Shown here one piece after another: positions 62,337-64,000 of a stretch of 64,000 bases of DNA. The translations under genes and the position numbers were made by a program. The DNA comes from Selaginella moellendorffii (taxonomy: Eukaryota; Plantae; Lycopodiophyta). Below the pieces are notes generated by a model. The model had not been told where the DNA came from, did no database searches, and worked only from the letters and a program-made list of their open reading frames with translations. Location of the stretch: the NCBI RefSeq assembly GCF_000143415.4, contig NW_003314293.1, positions 1,260,431 to 1,324,430 of the forward strand, written 5' to 3'. Each line of letters starts with the position of its first letter. Position 1 is the first letter of the stretch.

Positions 62337-63945
62337 ATGGAACAAGAGGAGAACAAGCGGCCATTGCTCGCGGCGTCCTTCGCTCCAGGTATGGAATGGC
62401 TCCACACCGTCCTGTATTTTCCAAGCCATCGTTTTCTTCGATCAAGCAGGCCACGAGCCGCGAGTTCCAGTGTGGACGGGAGAATTCCCATGCTCGGAAT
62501 TGGAAGCCCAAGTCACCGGATCTGAGATACGAGCCGCCGCAGCGCACGATCCATATCCGGCTTGGATCAATGCTTGTGTGGTCACTCCGGATAGCTCCAT
62601 CCAAGGCGCTCACGATCCTGGCTATGGAGGCAAGTGGACTCTTTCTCCATGAGATTTTTTGCTCACTTCTAGTTGCAGACGAACAAGCAGCTTCTTCTAC
62701 CCACGAGAACTCGAGGTTGGATGTGGAATTAGCTTGTTGGTTTCTAACTCTTCCCCTCGATCTCCAGTGTCCAGAGCTTGCAAGAGGATGAGATTCGCGA
62801 CTTACTCATCGATCACGTCCACCACCATTGCTGCTGGGGGAAGCGGCCAGCGTGGTCGTGGAAGATCAGCAAGGTGGAAGACTGTAATGCCTACGTTGGA
62901 ACTCTGGAAACTTTCATCGAGGAGAGAGACCTAGTGGAGGAGTGTGTTCCATACGACGGTCGAATCATAGACGAGGGTGGCCGAGCTCCCGGACCTTGGG
63001 AACTCGACACTCGTTCACACTTTCCACCACTCTTCGTGAGCTCCAAAGAGGCTTTGATCAAGGTGCCACACTCGGAAAGTGTGGAGCAATGCACAGGTTC
63101 TCTTGGAGCTCAAAACTTTTTTTTTTCTTTTCGAGAGATTTTTGCTGAGTTTCTTTGGCCAGGTTGCTTCGGACAGGGAGATATCGCTTGTCATGTTTGC
63201 ACGATATACGATGATTCCGGAAATCTCCAGCAAAGGAAAAAGTTTACGTGCTCGGGATGCAATGGCCGTGGCCTCATTGCTCACTTGGATGGCTCCGACA
63301 GCAGGTTTTTCTAGATTGATCTTCGAGTCTTTCACTTATCCTGCCAGAGCTCTCTCTTTTCAGCTGCAAGGAATGCAAGGGAAGCGGCAAAGTTTACTGC
63401 CCGAGATGCCACTCTCGCGGTTTGCTGGCATGCGAGCACTGCAAGTCAGCCGGATCATTCGTCTCATCCATGAGCGTTCGCGTTAAATGGTTAGTGCTTC
63501 TCCCAAGCTTTTACAAGCTGCCAGTGGCGATTGATCTTAAGAGTCCATCTTTCCTTTTACTCCCAGGAGGACACTGCTGAGCAGGAAAGTGATCGCGTCC
63601 AGCCACGCCGCCTCCGTCCCGGACGACGTTTTCCAGCGAGCCAAAGGCGTGGAGCTCTACTGCCACGAATCACAGCAATGCCAGGCAGCAGATTTCCAGG
63701 ACTCGGCACTGCTCAGCCGCTTCTCGAAGGAGATCATCCGGGAGCGAGCTCCAGTCCCCCCGGCGGCGCGAGTCGTGAGCGAGAGGCACCGCATCACGGT
63801 GGTTCCCGTGACCAGAGTGTTGATGAGCGACGGCAAGAGAAGGTGGTTTAAGTTCTATATCGTCGGGCTCAAGAAGGAGGTCTATCTCAAGAACTATCCA
63901 CAAAAGTGCTGCTGCCAGTGTTGCCATAGCTGCACAATCATGTAG
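62337..63945 (+). CDS. SSUH2: SSUH2-like protein (DnaJ-type CxxCxGxG zinc-finger), multi-exon
   Basis: EIRDLLIDHVHHHCCWGKRPA, YVGTLETFIEER, APGPWELD, KVPHSESVEQC, CSGCNGRG, VPDDVFQRAKGVEL, RHRITVVPVTRV, KNYPQKCCCQC. Confidence 0.85.
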
Positions 63946-64000
63946 GTAATTTGTCTCTTGATAAACTCATTGTCGTTATGCTATAGAACTTGGCAATGAC

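Overview
Eukaryotic land-plant genomic DNA. The compact genes with ~45-90 nt GT-AG introns and the gene content suggest a lycophyte such as Selaginella (inferred, not verified). Positions 1-31.9 kb are mostly a nest of transposons: an intact ~1000-aa DDD-type (Sola-like/DUF7869-like) transposase with palindromic subterminal motifs, inserted into a Ty3/gypsy integrase; a decayed ParB/Srx-like gene; several decayed gypsy and copia elements; and satellites. Inside this nest is an intact two-exon Crinkler-like gene (small N-terminal header + PD-(D/E)xK nuclease + kinase). From 26 kb on are host genes: peroxisomal 2,4-dienoyl-CoA reductase, an LLG GPI-anchored protein, an NPF transporter, a WD40 protein, trehalose-6-phosphate phosphatase, a remorin-like protein, an HKT transporter, a stand-alone TYW2 and an SSUH2-like protein. 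The 53-62 kb region is a duplication zone. It holds a secreted protein made of an unrecognised domain plus a bulb-type lectin, its pseudogene copies, TYW2 fragments, and a 95-bp near-perfect inverted repeat derived from the lectin gene (candidate hairpin-siRNA/proto-miRNA locus). Family assignments rest on motif recognition only; no database searches were run.
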